Counted from the first letter of the stretch, positions 7,980 to 16,457 are shown. The stretch: 40,000 nt of DNA from an uncultured Planctomycetota bacterium (GCA_963807935.1 CAWEDY010000004.1:76522-116521), one strand, 5' to 3'. Made by a program: numbers and translations. The notes: generated from the sequence alone by a model not told the origin.

Positions 7980-9032
7980 ATGCACGCACTGGTCACCGGC
8001 GGCGGGGGATTCTTGGGCGGCTACATCGTCGATGCGCTGCTGGCCCGTGGCGATCATGTACGGAGCTTTGGTCGCGGCGATTACCCGCAATTGAGGGCGC
8101 GGGGCGTCGAAGTGATCCGTGGCAATATCCGCGATGGCGCGGCGTTGGCGGCGGCGTGCGCGGGCATCGAATGTGTGTTTCACACGGCGGCACAGCCGGG
8201 CATCGGACTGGACCGAAATACCTACGAATCGGTGAATCGCACGGGCACCGAGTTGCTGCTGTCGAATGCCCGCCGGTGTGGCGTGTCGCGATTCGTTTAC
8301 ACGAGCAGCCCCAGCGTTGTGTTCGCGGGCCAGGATCAATGCGGCATCGATGAAACGGCACCGTACGACTTCGCCTGGATGGAGGCTAACCGGGCGTATT
8401 ACTCATACACGAAGGCGTGTGCCGAGCAGGCCGTGCTGGCTGCCGATGGTGATGCGTTGCGGACTTGTGCGCTTCGGCCGCATTTGATTTGGGGGCCGGG
8501 GGATAGGCACTTGGTGCCGCGGTTGCTGGCACGGGCTCGAGCTGGCCGGTTGCGGCGGGTGGGGGATGGAACGAACCTTGTGGACGTAACGTATGTCGAG
8601 AATGCCGCGGAGGCACATTTGCGGGCGGCGGATGCGCTGGGTGCGGGGTCGGGAGACGCGCGCACAACAGGGCCGAATACGCCGTCCGCTGAAGCGGGCT
8701 CGCCCGGCGGGAAGGTGTATTTTATTAGTCAGGGCGAGCCGGTGAATTGTTGGCAATGGATCGATCAGATCCTCGCCCTCGTAGGCTTGCCGCCCGTGCG
8801 AAAAACGATATCGCTGAAGTCAGCTCGGCGGGTCGGTCGTGTTTGCGAAGGCGTCTATCGACTGTTTGGACTTACGAGGGAACCGCCGATGACGCGGTTC
8901 CTGGCATATCAACTCAGCGCATCGCATTGGTTCGACCTATCGGCGGCGCGGCGCGACTTGGGATATGAGCCGCGCGTGTCGATGGATGAGGGGATGCGGC
9001 GGCTGGGAGAATGGCTGTGCAAGAAACGCTAG
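7980..9032 (+). CDS. oleD: NAD(P)-dependent reductase of the 3-beta-HSD/epimerase family, OleD-like
   Basis: Rossmann VTGGGGFLGG, catalytic YSYTKACAE (YxxxK), LRPHLIWGPGD, YFISQGEP, PPMTRFLA. It starts 4 nt after the oleC-like stop, so the two likely form an operon. Confidence 0.75.
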   Translation: MHALVTGGGGFLGGYIVDALLARGDHVRSFGRGDYPQLRARGVEVIRGNIRDGAALAAACAGIECVFHTAAQPGIGLDRNTYESVNRTGTELLLSNARRCGVSRFVYTSSPSVVFAGQDQCGIDETAPYDFAWMEANRAYYSYTKACAEQAVLAADGDALRTCALRPHLIWGPGDRHLVPRLLARARAGRLRRVGDGTNLVDVTYVENAAEAHLRAADALGAGSGDARTTGPNTPSAEAGSPGGKVYFISQGEPVNCWQWIDQILALVGLPPVRKTISLKSARRVGRVCEGVYRLFGLTREPPMTRFLAYQLSASHWFDLSAARRDLGYEPRVSMDEGMRRLGEWLCKKR

Positions 9033-9122
9033 GCCGCAAGCGGCGGAAGCATCGCGCCCTAGCTCAATATTGACGATGGCACTACAATCGCCGCATTACG
9101 GAAACATCGAGGAAAATACCCC

Positions 9123-10895
9123 GTGTTGCGAACTCATACGTGCGGCGAATTACGTCGCGAACATGTTGGTCACGAAGCCACACTTTGCGGCTGGGTCGAT
9201 AGCTATCGCGACCATGGCGGCGGGTTGTTCGTCGATCTGCGCGACCGGTATGGCATGACGCAGGTGGTGTTCAATCCGCCCGATACGCCGCAGGCCATTA
9301 TCGACGAAAGCAAATTGCTGCGCGCTGAATATGTGATCCAGGTGACGGGCAAAGTTGCCGAGCGGCCGACGGGCATGGCCAATTCGAAACTGTCCACCGG
9401 AGCGATCGAGCTGCGCGTCACCGGATTCAAGCTGTTCAATAAGAGCCTGACGCCGCCGGTTTCTCCGAACGCCAACGCGCAGGATTTGCCGAACGAGGAG
9501 CTGCGGCTTGAGCACCGCTATCTCGACTTGCGCCGGCCGGTGATGCAGCATACGCTGCTGCTGCGTGACCGCATCGTTAAAGCCATGCGCGACTATTTTG
9601 GGGCTCTCGGTTTCATTGATGTCGAAACGCCGGTGCTCGGCCGCAGCACGCCCGAAGGTGCTCGCGACTACCTGGTGCCCAGCCGCATCAGCCGCGGATC
9701 GTTTTACGCGTTGCCGCAGTCGCCGCAACTGTACAAGCAGATTTTGATGATGGCAGGGTACGACCGCTACGTGCAAGTGGCCCGCTGCTTCCGCGACGAA
9801 GATTTGCGAGCCGACCGGCAGCCGGAATTCACGCAGCTCGACCTGGAAATGTCGTTTGTTGAGGCGGCAGATGTGATTGACGTGATCGATGGCCTGGTGC
9901 AAAAGATCGCCAAGCAGGAGCTGAAGCTCGATGTGCGGCTACCCCTGCCGCGGATGACTTACGACGAGGCGATGGAGCGATTCGGGCACGATGCGCCCGA
10001 TTTGCGCTTTGGTCTGGAATTGGTGGATTGCACCGACCTGGCGGCGAAAAGCGAGTTCCGCGTGTTTTCCGGCGTGGCCGCCAGCGGCGGGCGCGTGCGG
10101 GCCATCAATGCAAAAGGGGGCGGCGAGCACTATTCGCGGCGCGGCATTGATGAACTGACCGAATATGTAAAACAATTTGGCGCGAAGGGGTTGGCGTGGT
10201 TCAAGGTGGAAAGCGACGGCACGTTGGCTTCCACGATCGCCAAGAACTTCAGGCCGGAATTGCTCCAGGAAATCGGCGCGCGGCTGCGGGCGGCGCCCGG
10301 CGACTTACTCCTGTTCGTGGCAGACCAATGGAAGGTCACCTGCAAAGCGCTGCACGCCCTGCGCACCAAGCTCGGCGCGGAGATGAAGCTATACGATCCG
10401 CGGGCGATGCACTTCTCGTGGGTCGTCGAGTTCCCAATGTTCGATTACGATGAGGAAGAGCGTCGCTGGGTGGCCATGCACCATCCGTTTACATCGCCGC
10501 GCGACCTGGATTTTGGACTGCTGGAATCTGACCCCGGTAAGTGCCGGGCGAAAGCGTACGACCTGGTCATCAACGGCAGCGAGGCGGGTGGCGGCACGAT
10601 TCGAATTCACGATCCGAAAATTCAGCAACAGGTGTTCTCTCTGTTGGGAATTGATGAAAAGTCGGCCGAGGAGCGGTTCGGTTTTTTGCTGCGAGCACTG
10701 CGGTACGGTGCGCCGCCGCACGGGGGGATTGCGCTGGGTATCGACCGCTGGATCATGCTCTTTGGTGGACTGGACAATATCCGCGATTGCATCGCGTTCC
10801 CAAAAACTCAGCGGGCGAGCGACCTGATGACGGGCGCCCCCGGGGCCGTTGAATCGAAGCAGCTCAAGGAGCTGGGAATTAGACTGGATATATAG
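9123..10895 (+). CDS. aspS: Aspartate--tRNA ligase (bacterial type)
   Basis: GTG start. MLRTHTCGELR.., class II motifs FRDEDLRADRQPEFTQLD, GGGTIRIHD, PPHGGIALGIDR. Full length, 590 aa. Confidence 0.95.
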   Translation: MLRTHTCGELRREHVGHEATLCGWVDSYRDHGGGLFVDLRDRYGMTQVVFNPPDTPQAIIDESKLLRAEYVIQVTGKVAERPTGMANSKLSTGAIELRVTGFKLFNKSLTPPVSPNANAQDLPNEELRLEHRYLDLRRPVMQHTLLLRDRIVKAMRDYFGALGFIDVETPVLGRSTPEGARDYLVPSRISRGSFYALPQSPQLYKQILMMAGYDRYVQVARCFRDEDLRADRQPEFTQLDLEMSFVEAADVIDVIDGLVQKIAKQELKLDVRLPLPRMTYDEAMERFGHDAPDLRFGLELVDCTDLAAKSEFRVFSGVAASGGRVRAINAKGGGEHYSRRGIDELTEYVKQFGAKGLAWFKVESDGTLASTIAKNFRPELLQEIGARLRAAPGDLLLFVADQWKVTCKALHALRTKLGAEMKLYDPRAMHFSWVVEFPMFDYDEEERRWVAMHHPFTSPRDLDFGLLESDPGKCRAKAYDLVINGSEAGGGTIRIHDPKIQQQVFSLLGIDEKSAEERFGFLLRALRYGAPPHGGIALGIDRWIMLFGGLDNIRDCIAFPKTQRASDLMTGAPGAVESKQLKELGIRLDI

Positions 10896-10929
10896 CGCCG
10901 CGGATCCGCGGTATACATAGGCAAGCAAC

Positions 10930-11835
10930 ATGATGCGTCAATCAGCCTGGCTACCGATCGCGGCGGTATGCATCGTAATACCATTCGTTGGGTGCCAATC
11001 CAAAACGCAAACGTCCGCGCCGAAACCAGAGGCATTCAAGCCGGTCGCAACGCCGGCGGCTACAGCGAGTGCGCCGCGCACGAGCGCGCTGAAGACGACT
11101 GAGCTGGCGGCGAATGGGCCTCGGCTAGTAGCGCCGGCCATCAATCCAACAGAGTCCCCACACTCAGAAGCGGCTCACGCAGAGCCGGCTCACGCAGAAG
11201 CGGCTCACGCAGAGCCGGCTCACGCAGAAACGGCCCCCGCAGAGCCGGCTCACGCAGAGCCGGCCAAAAAAGGGAAAGCAGCGGGTCCGCAAACGCGAAC
11301 GGCGTTTTACCGGGCAGACAAAGCGCCGGCGGCGATCCCACGCGTGTTGATGTCGAAAGGAAATGAGGCGTCGTGTCGCGTGAAAGTGGGTGACACGATG
11401 CCGGCCATCGCGCTGCCGAAAATCGGCGGGGGCGGCGAAACGAACCTCGCGGATTTGTTCGGCAAGAAGGCCACTGTCGTTGTGTTTTGGAAGAGCGATC
11501 GGCGGATGGCGCTCCAGGAACTGTCCGACCTCGGGCCAGACGTCATCGAGCCATTTGGCCAACAAGGTGTGACCGTCGTCGGCATCGCGGTGAAAGAATC
11601 AGATGCCAGTGCTCAAGCGGAGCTCAAGAAGGCCGGCGCTAGTCTTACTAACTTGCTCGATGCCGATGGGAAAGCGTTCGCGCAGGTGGGCAGTGGAAAG
11701 TTGCCGCGTACGTATGTGCTGGACCCGGCGGGCAAGATTCTGTGGTTCGATATCGAGTACTCCCTGGCCACCCGCCGCGAGCTGCACCAGACGCTGCGCG
11801 CCGTCGCCGGCAACGCCGGTTCGCGGCAGGAGTAG
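10930..11835 (+). CDS. Thioredoxin-fold (TlpA/redoxin-like) lipoprotein lacking the CxxC motif, with an (AHAEP)n repeat linker
   Basis: Signal peptide plus lipobox (PFVGC). The C-terminal redoxin-like domain has VVVFWKSDRRMALQEL where WCxxC is expected. Confidence 0.75.
   Translation: MMRQSAWLPIAAVCIVIPFVGCQSKTQTSAPKPEAFKPVATPAATASAPRTSALKTTELAANGPRLVAPAINPTESPHSEAAHAEPAHAEAAHAEPAHAETAPAEPAHAEPAKKGKAAGPQTRTAFYRADKAPAAIPRVLMSKGNEASCRVKVGDTMPAIALPKIGGGGETNLADLFGKKATVVVFWKSDRRMALQELSDLGPDVIEPFGQQGVTVVGIAVKESDASAQAELKKAGASLTNLLDADGKAFAQVGSGKLPRTYVLDPAGKILWFDIEYSLATRRELHQTLRAVAGNAGSRQE
11161..11265 (+). repeat. Seven tandem 15-bp units (CACGCAGAGCCGGCT) encoding (H-A-E-x-A)n inside the lipoprotein gene
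   Basis: Direct reading gives units starting at 11161, 11176, 11191, 11206, 11221, 11236 and 11251, each with 0-3 substitutions. Confidence 0.9.
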
Positions 11836-11840
11836 GCTGG

Positions 11841-13136
11841 ATGGATAAGACGAAAGTCGCGATCATCGGCTTGGGCAACGTGGGACAGGGCGTTGCGAAG
11901 TTGCTCTTGGAGCATGGTGACCGTACGGCCCGGCACGCCGGCCGGACGCTGTGGCTCGAAAAAACGGTGGTCAACGACTTGAAGAAGGCGCGCGGCTGCG
12001 ACCTGCCCAAGGGCGTACTGACCGATAAGCTCGATGATGTCGTCAACGATCCGGATATCAAGGTCGTCGCGCAGCTCATCGGCGGATTGGAGCCGGAGCG
12101 GACGATCATGCTGCGGCTGTTGGAAAGTGGCAAGGACGTGGTCACCGCCAACAAGGCGCTGTTGGCGGAGCACGGACCGGAGCTTTTCGACCGGGCTCGC
12201 GAGCTGGGCCGGTCGATTGCGTTCGAGGCTTCGGTGGCAGGCGGCATCCCCATCGTCGCGAACATCAGCCAATGCCTGTCGGCCAACCAGATCGTGTCGC
12301 TGGACGGCATTTTGAATGGCACGACGAATTTCATTCTCAGCAAGATGCACGAGGAAGGCGTCGCGTATGGCGATGCGCTGAAGGAGGCGCAACGGCTAGG
12401 CTACGCGGAGGCCGATCCGGCGCTCGACGTGGATGGCAGCGATGCGGCGCAAAAGCTGGCGATTCTGGCCCACCTGGCATTCGGCGCGCGCGTGCATTGG
12501 AAAGAGATTCCGCGAATGGGGATCGACCGGCTGGACGTGAGCGATGTGCGCTTTGCCCAGGAAATTGGCTACCGGATCAAGCTGCTGGCGGTCGCGGAGT
12601 TGGACGGTGACACGCTGGAGCTGCACGTATCGCCGACGTTGGTGAAGCGTGGCCGGCCGCTGTCGGATGTGAGCGGGCCATTCAATGCGATTCGCGTTGT
12701 GGGTGACGCGGTGGGCGAGTTGATGTTTTATGGCCAGGGCGCTGGGCAGATGCCGACGGCATCCGCCGTGGTGGCCGACATGATCGATACGGCTGTCGGC
12801 CGGGCAGGCATTACGTTTCGCACGCTGGAGTTGTGGTCGAACCGCAAGGCCCGTGTTACGCCGCGCGAGCATGCCAAGGCAGATGGGCGGTTTTATATTC
12901 GTATCAATGCGGAGGACCATCCCGGTGTGCTGTCCCAGGTGACCAACGTGCTGGGGCAGAGCCAGATTTCCATTTCGAGTGTACTGCAACAGGAGTCGAC
13001 TACGGCTGACGGCACAGTGCCGCTCGTAATTATGACGCACGTGACGACAGAAGGTGCAACCCGCAAAGCGTGCTCGGAGATCAACAAGCTGTCGTGCGTG
13101 CGGGGCAAGACGGTGCGGATGTGGGTGAGGGATTAG
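11841..13136 (+). CDS. hom: Homoserine dehydrogenase
   Basis: MDKTKVAIIGLGNVGQG (NAD-binding), VTANKALLA, EASVAGGIPI, LNGTTNFIL, C-terminal ACT domain. ATG 11841 lies 5 nt after the upstream stop; the track start 11742 is an upstream extension. Confidence 0.93.
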   Translation: MDKTKVAIIGLGNVGQGVAKLLLEHGDRTARHAGRTLWLEKTVVNDLKKARGCDLPKGVLTDKLDDVVNDPDIKVVAQLIGGLEPERTIMLRLLESGKDVVTANKALLAEHGPELFDRARELGRSIAFEASVAGGIPIVANISQCLSANQIVSLDGILNGTTNFILSKMHEEGVAYGDALKEAQRLGYAEADPALDVDGSDAAQKLAILAHLAFGARVHWKEIPRMGIDRLDVSDVRFAQEIGYRIKLLAVAELDGDTLELHVSPTLVKRGRPLSDVSGPFNAIRVVGDAVGELMFYGQGAGQMPTASAVVADMIDTAVGRAGITFRTLELWSNRKARVTPREHAKADGRFYIRINAEDHPGVLSQVTNVLGQSQISISSVLQQESTTADGTVPLVIMTHVTTEGATRKACSEINKLSCVRGKTVRMWVRD

Positions 13137-13141
13137 GTATA

Positions 13142-13212
13142 AAGTCGTAAGTCTTAAGTCGTAAGTTTCGATGCCATCGGTTCCACTTACGCCTTACGAC
13201 TTACGCCTTACA
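13142..13212. repeat. Inverted pair of heptamer arrays (AAGTCGT x4 / NCTTACG x4) forming a long hairpin
   Basis: Arm 13142-13166 is complementary to arm 13185-13209 at 22/25. It lies between the hom stop (13136) and the next ATG (13219). Confidence 0.7.
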
Positions 13213-13218
13213 GCTAAA

Positions 13219-14397
13219 ATGAAATACGCAATCGTAATACCCGATGGCGCCGCGGATGAGCCGCAGGAGTTGCTGGGCGGCAAGACGCCGCTGGAGGCAG
13301 CGCGGACGCCGAATATGGATCGCGTTGTGGCGCTCGGGGTTGTTGCGCGGGCGTTGCACACGCCGAATGCTTTGCCGGCGGGGTCGGAGATCGGGAATCT
13401 TAGTTTGTTAGGATACAACCCCTTCGAGAACTTCACGGGGCGGGCGCCGATGGAGGCGGCGGCGCAGGGCATTCAGCTTGGGCCGGCGGATTGGGCCGTG
13501 CGATGCAATCTGGTCACCGTCGAAGACCAGGTGATGCGCGATTTTACGGCCGACCATATCAGCACGGAGGAAGCAACCAAATTACTGGCGAGCGCGCAGG
13601 AGCAGATTGCGAGCGATCCAAAATATCGCGGGGCAATTGAGTTTGTGCCGGGCGTCAGCTACCGTAACTTGTTGCTGTGGCGTGGCGCGAAGCTGCCGTG
13701 TCCGTTTACGACCGAAACGCGAACGCGGGCGCCGCACGATATTACGGATCAGCGCGTGCTCGAGGATTATCCGCGCGGCCCGGGGAGCGATGTGCTTTGC
13801 GATCTTATGGCTGCTAGCATCGGAGTTTTTCAAAATCATCCGATGAACGCGGTAAGACGGGCTGCCGGCAAGCGGCCGGCGACAAACGTCTGGCTATGGG
13901 GCTTGGGTCAGGCGCCGCGTCTGCGGCCGTTTGCGGACGAATACGGGCCACGTGGCGCGATGATTACGGCCGTGGACCTGCTGCGCGGCATCGCGGCGCT
14001 GATCGGCTGGGATCGAATCGAGGTGGCGGGGGCGACAGGCTATTTAGATACCGATTACGCGGCCAAGGGGCGGGCTGCGGTCGAGGCGCTCAAGCATTAC
14101 GATATCGTATGCGTCCACGTGGAAGCATCGGATGAGGCTTCGCACGAAGGACGCGGCGACGCGAAGGTGAAGGCGATCGAACAAATCGATCAGCACATCG
14201 TTGGGCCGCTGCTGGAAGCGTTGAAAACGCATGGCAACTGGCGGATCATGATTTCGCCCGATCATCCGACGTTTCTTCGCACAAAAGTTCACACGCACGG
14301 GAATGTCCCGGTGGCGATGGCCGGAACGGCCATCATGGCAGACGATTTCAAAGACTATGGCGATACGAACGCGGCGCAGTCGCAAATTAGCATTTGA
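13219..14397 (+). CDS. Cofactor-independent phosphoglycerate mutase homolog, archaeal ApgM type (proposed homoserine kinase subgroup)
   Basis: MKYAIVIPDGAADEP..GGKTPLEAARTPNMDR, and VHVEASDEASHEG for the metal/phosphoserine region. Homology begins at ATG 13219 (track start is 13171). The gene is flanked by hom and lysC. Confidence 0.85.
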   Translation: MKYAIVIPDGAADEPQELLGGKTPLEAARTPNMDRVVALGVVARALHTPNALPAGSEIGNLSLLGYNPFENFTGRAPMEAAAQGIQLGPADWAVRCNLVTVEDQVMRDFTADHISTEEATKLLASAQEQIASDPKYRGAIEFVPGVSYRNLLLWRGAKLPCPFTTETRTRAPHDITDQRVLEDYPRGPGSDVLCDLMAASIGVFQNHPMNAVRRAAGKRPATNVWLWGLGQAPRLRPFADEYGPRGAMITAVDLLRGIAALIGWDRIEVAGATGYLDTDYAAKGRAAVEALKHYDIVCVHVEASDEASHEGRGDAKVKAIEQIDQHIVGPLLEALKTHGNWRIMISPDHPTFLRTKVHTHGNVPVAMAGTAIMADDFKDYGDTNAAQSQISI

Positions 14398-14434
14398 TGA
14401 AGGATGGAAATTGATGCCGTGGTTTATTGGAAGG

Positions 14435-14583
14435 AATTAGCCACAGAGTTCACAGCGGACACCGAGAAGAGTTCCAGGAATGCAAATGCGAAACAAATAT
14501 AAAATCGCTTCATCAACTCTGCATTTTGCATTTTCAATTGAACATTTTTCCCTCTGTGCTCTCTGTGTCCTCTGTGGCTAATT
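14435..14583. repeat. 149-bp AT-rich element bounded by perfect 14-bp terminal inverted repeats (AATTAGCCACAGAG)
   Basis: 14435-14448 is the exact reverse complement of 14570-14583. Inner imperfect inverted repeats are GAATGCAAATGCGAAA / TGCATTTTGCATTTTC. The element is markedly lower in GC than its surroundings. Confidence 0.5.
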
Positions 14584-14608
14584 GTCAGTTGGAAGAAAAG
14601 AGCAATCA

Positions 14609-16387
14609 ATGCGTTTGATCGTACAAAAGTTCGGCGGCACGAGTGTCGCGAATGCGGAAAAGCTTCGTGTGGCGGCGCGGCGGGCGATTCGCGCGCAGCA
14701 GGATGGCAATCAGGTCGTCATGGTTGTGAGCGCGATGGGTCACCAGACCGATACGCTGGTGGACCTGGCGAAGCAGATCACGGACGACCCGTCGGGCCGC
14801 GAGATGGATATGCTGCTATCGACTGGCGAGCAGGTGAGCGTTGCCCTGATGGCGATGGCGATTCATTCGCTGGGGGCCGATGCGGTGAGCTTGACGGGCG
14901 GACAGATCGGCATCCGCACCGACAGCTCGCACACCAAGGCCCGCATTCAGTCGATTTCGACCGAGCGGATGAAGAAGCTGCTCGACGCTGGCAAGATTGT
15001 GATCGCGGCCGGTTTTCAGGGCATCGACGAGGACTTCAACATCACGACGCTTGGCCGCGGCGGCAGCGATACGACGGCGGTCGCGCTAGCGGCAGTGCTC
15101 AACGCCGATGCGTGCGAGATTTACACGGATGTGGATGGCGTGTTTACGACCGACCCGCGGTTGGTGGCCGAGGCCCGCAAGCTCGATCGCGTCAGCCACG
15201 ACGAGATTCTGGAATTGGCCAGCTTGGGCGCCGGCGTGATGCACAGCCGGTCGATCGAGTTCGGCAAGAAGTTCAATGTCCCCATTCACGTCCGCAACAG
15301 CCAGAGCTTCAGCGACGAGCCGGGAACGGTGATCGGCAGCCAATCGGAATCGGCCGACCGGGCAGTCAGCGGAGCAGCGCTCACCAAAAACGAGGCCCAA
15401 ATCACGATCGGGGGCGTGCCGGATCAACCGGGTGTGAGCTACGCGGTTTTCTCGAAGCTCGCTGACGTCAACGTGGCCGTCGATATGATTGTGCAGAATG
15501 CCGGTGCGGATGGGACGGCCGATATATCGTTCACCGTCCTCGAAGACGACTTGCCAAAAGCGCTTGCCGCCTCGAAGCGAGCGGCAAAGGAGCTCGGTGC
15601 ACAAACGGTCGCGCACGATGCCGGTGTATCGAAAGTATCGATCGTCGGCCTCGGCATGGCGACGCAATCGGGCGTGGCGGATCGCATGTTCCGCGTGCTG
15701 GCCGATGCGGGGATCAACATTGAGGCAATCACGACGAGCGAAATCAAGGTTTCTGTGCTCGTCAAGCGCGACCAGGCGCTGGCCGCGCTGCGGGCGGTGC
15801 ATGGCGAGTTCGAGCTCGACAAGGAGCCCCGCGACCGAGTGAAATTCGGCGAGAAGCAGTCGGCATCGCCTCGGCCGGATGCGGTCGATATCGTGGCGCG
15901 GCTGCAACGGATGGAAGACCTGGCCATCGAAAGCGTTTCGCTTGACGAGTCGCAGGGCCAGATGACGCTTTTCGACGTGCCGGACCAACCGGGCATCTCC
16001 GCCCGCATCTTCGAGGCGATTGCGTCCGACGGCATTCTGGTCGACACGATCGTGCAAAGCATCGGCCGCGATGGGCTCGCTGATATCAGCTTCACCGTGC
16101 CGCGCAGCTCAGTGGAAAAGTCGCGGCAAGTCCTCAAACGCCTTTCTCAAGAACTTGGCGGCGAGGAAAAGGATGAGCCGGAGGTGGCGATTCTCTCCGT
16201 GAAAGGCGTCGGCATTCGCAGCCACACGGGCGTCGGGCTGCGGATTTTCAAGGCGCTGGCGGAAGCGGGCATCAATGTCGAGATGGTCAGCACGAGCGAA
16301 ATCCGCGTGAACGTGATCGTTGACGCAAAGAAGGGCCCGGCTGGGCTGGCGGCACTGAAGGAGGCGTTTGCGGATGTCTTAGGATAG
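14609..16387 (+). CDS. lysC: Aspartate kinase with a duplicated regulatory region (four ACT domains)
   Basis: MRLIVQKFGGTSV, the kinase core, then two tandem ACT-ACT modules (about 15395-15830 and 15962-16384). ATG 14609 is preceded by GGAAGAAAAGAG. Confidence 0.93.
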   Translation: MRLIVQKFGGTSVANAEKLRVAARRAIRAQQDGNQVVMVVSAMGHQTDTLVDLAKQITDDPSGREMDMLLSTGEQVSVALMAMAIHSLGADAVSLTGGQIGIRTDSSHTKARIQSISTERMKKLLDAGKIVIAAGFQGIDEDFNITTLGRGGSDTTAVALAAVLNADACEIYTDVDGVFTTDPRLVAEARKLDRVSHDEILELASLGAGVMHSRSIEFGKKFNVPIHVRNSQSFSDEPGTVIGSQSESADRAVSGAALTKNEAQITIGGVPDQPGVSYAVFSKLADVNVAVDMIVQNAGADGTADISFTVLEDDLPKALAASKRAAKELGAQTVAHDAGVSKVSIVGLGMATQSGVADRMFRVLADAGINIEAITTSEIKVSVLVKRDQALAALRAVHGEFELDKEPRDRVKFGEKQSASPRPDAVDIVARLQRMEDLAIESVSLDESQGQMTLFDVPDQPGISARIFEAIASDGILVDTIVQSIGRDGLADISFTVPRSSVEKSRQVLKRLSQELGGEEKDEPEVAILSVKGVGIRSHTGVGLRIFKALAEAGINVEMVSTSEIRVNVIVDAKKGPAGLAALKEAFADVLG

Positions 16388-16456
16388 GATGCGGGATGCA
16401 GGGGGCGGGGACAAGGCATCGCATTTGTTTGCCTGCTCCCCTGCATCCCGCGTCCT
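16386..16456. terminator. 19-bp hairpin built from the GGATGCR heptamer array and its inverted copy, between convergent lysC and the DUF151 gene
   Basis: AGGATGCGGGATGCAGGGG (16386-16404) pairs with CCCCTGCATCCCGCGTCCT (16438-16456) at 18 Watson-Crick pairs plus one G-U. There is no U tract, so terminator function is inferred from position only. Confidence 0.45.
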
Positions 16457-16457
16457 T

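Noticed and set aside
10898-10911. Perfect palindrome CCGCGGATCCGCGG (SacII-BamHI-SacII sites) after aspS, which looks like a cloning linker
   Set aside because: No other vector-like sequence flanks it. Its position 3 nt after the aspS stop, flanked by TATA...TATA, fits a natural small hairpin. There is no U tract, so I do not call it a terminator.
11161-11265. Regular 15-bp repeats as a possible CRISPR-like array
   Set aside because: The repeats are contiguous with no spacers, keep the reading frame of a well-supported lipoprotein gene, and encode a pentapeptide repeat.
14398-14608. Possible lysine riboswitch (L-box) in the lysC 5' region
   Set aside because: The region is AT-rich and dominated by an inverted-repeat element. 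I could not find the conserved L-box core segments or the five-helix junction architecture.
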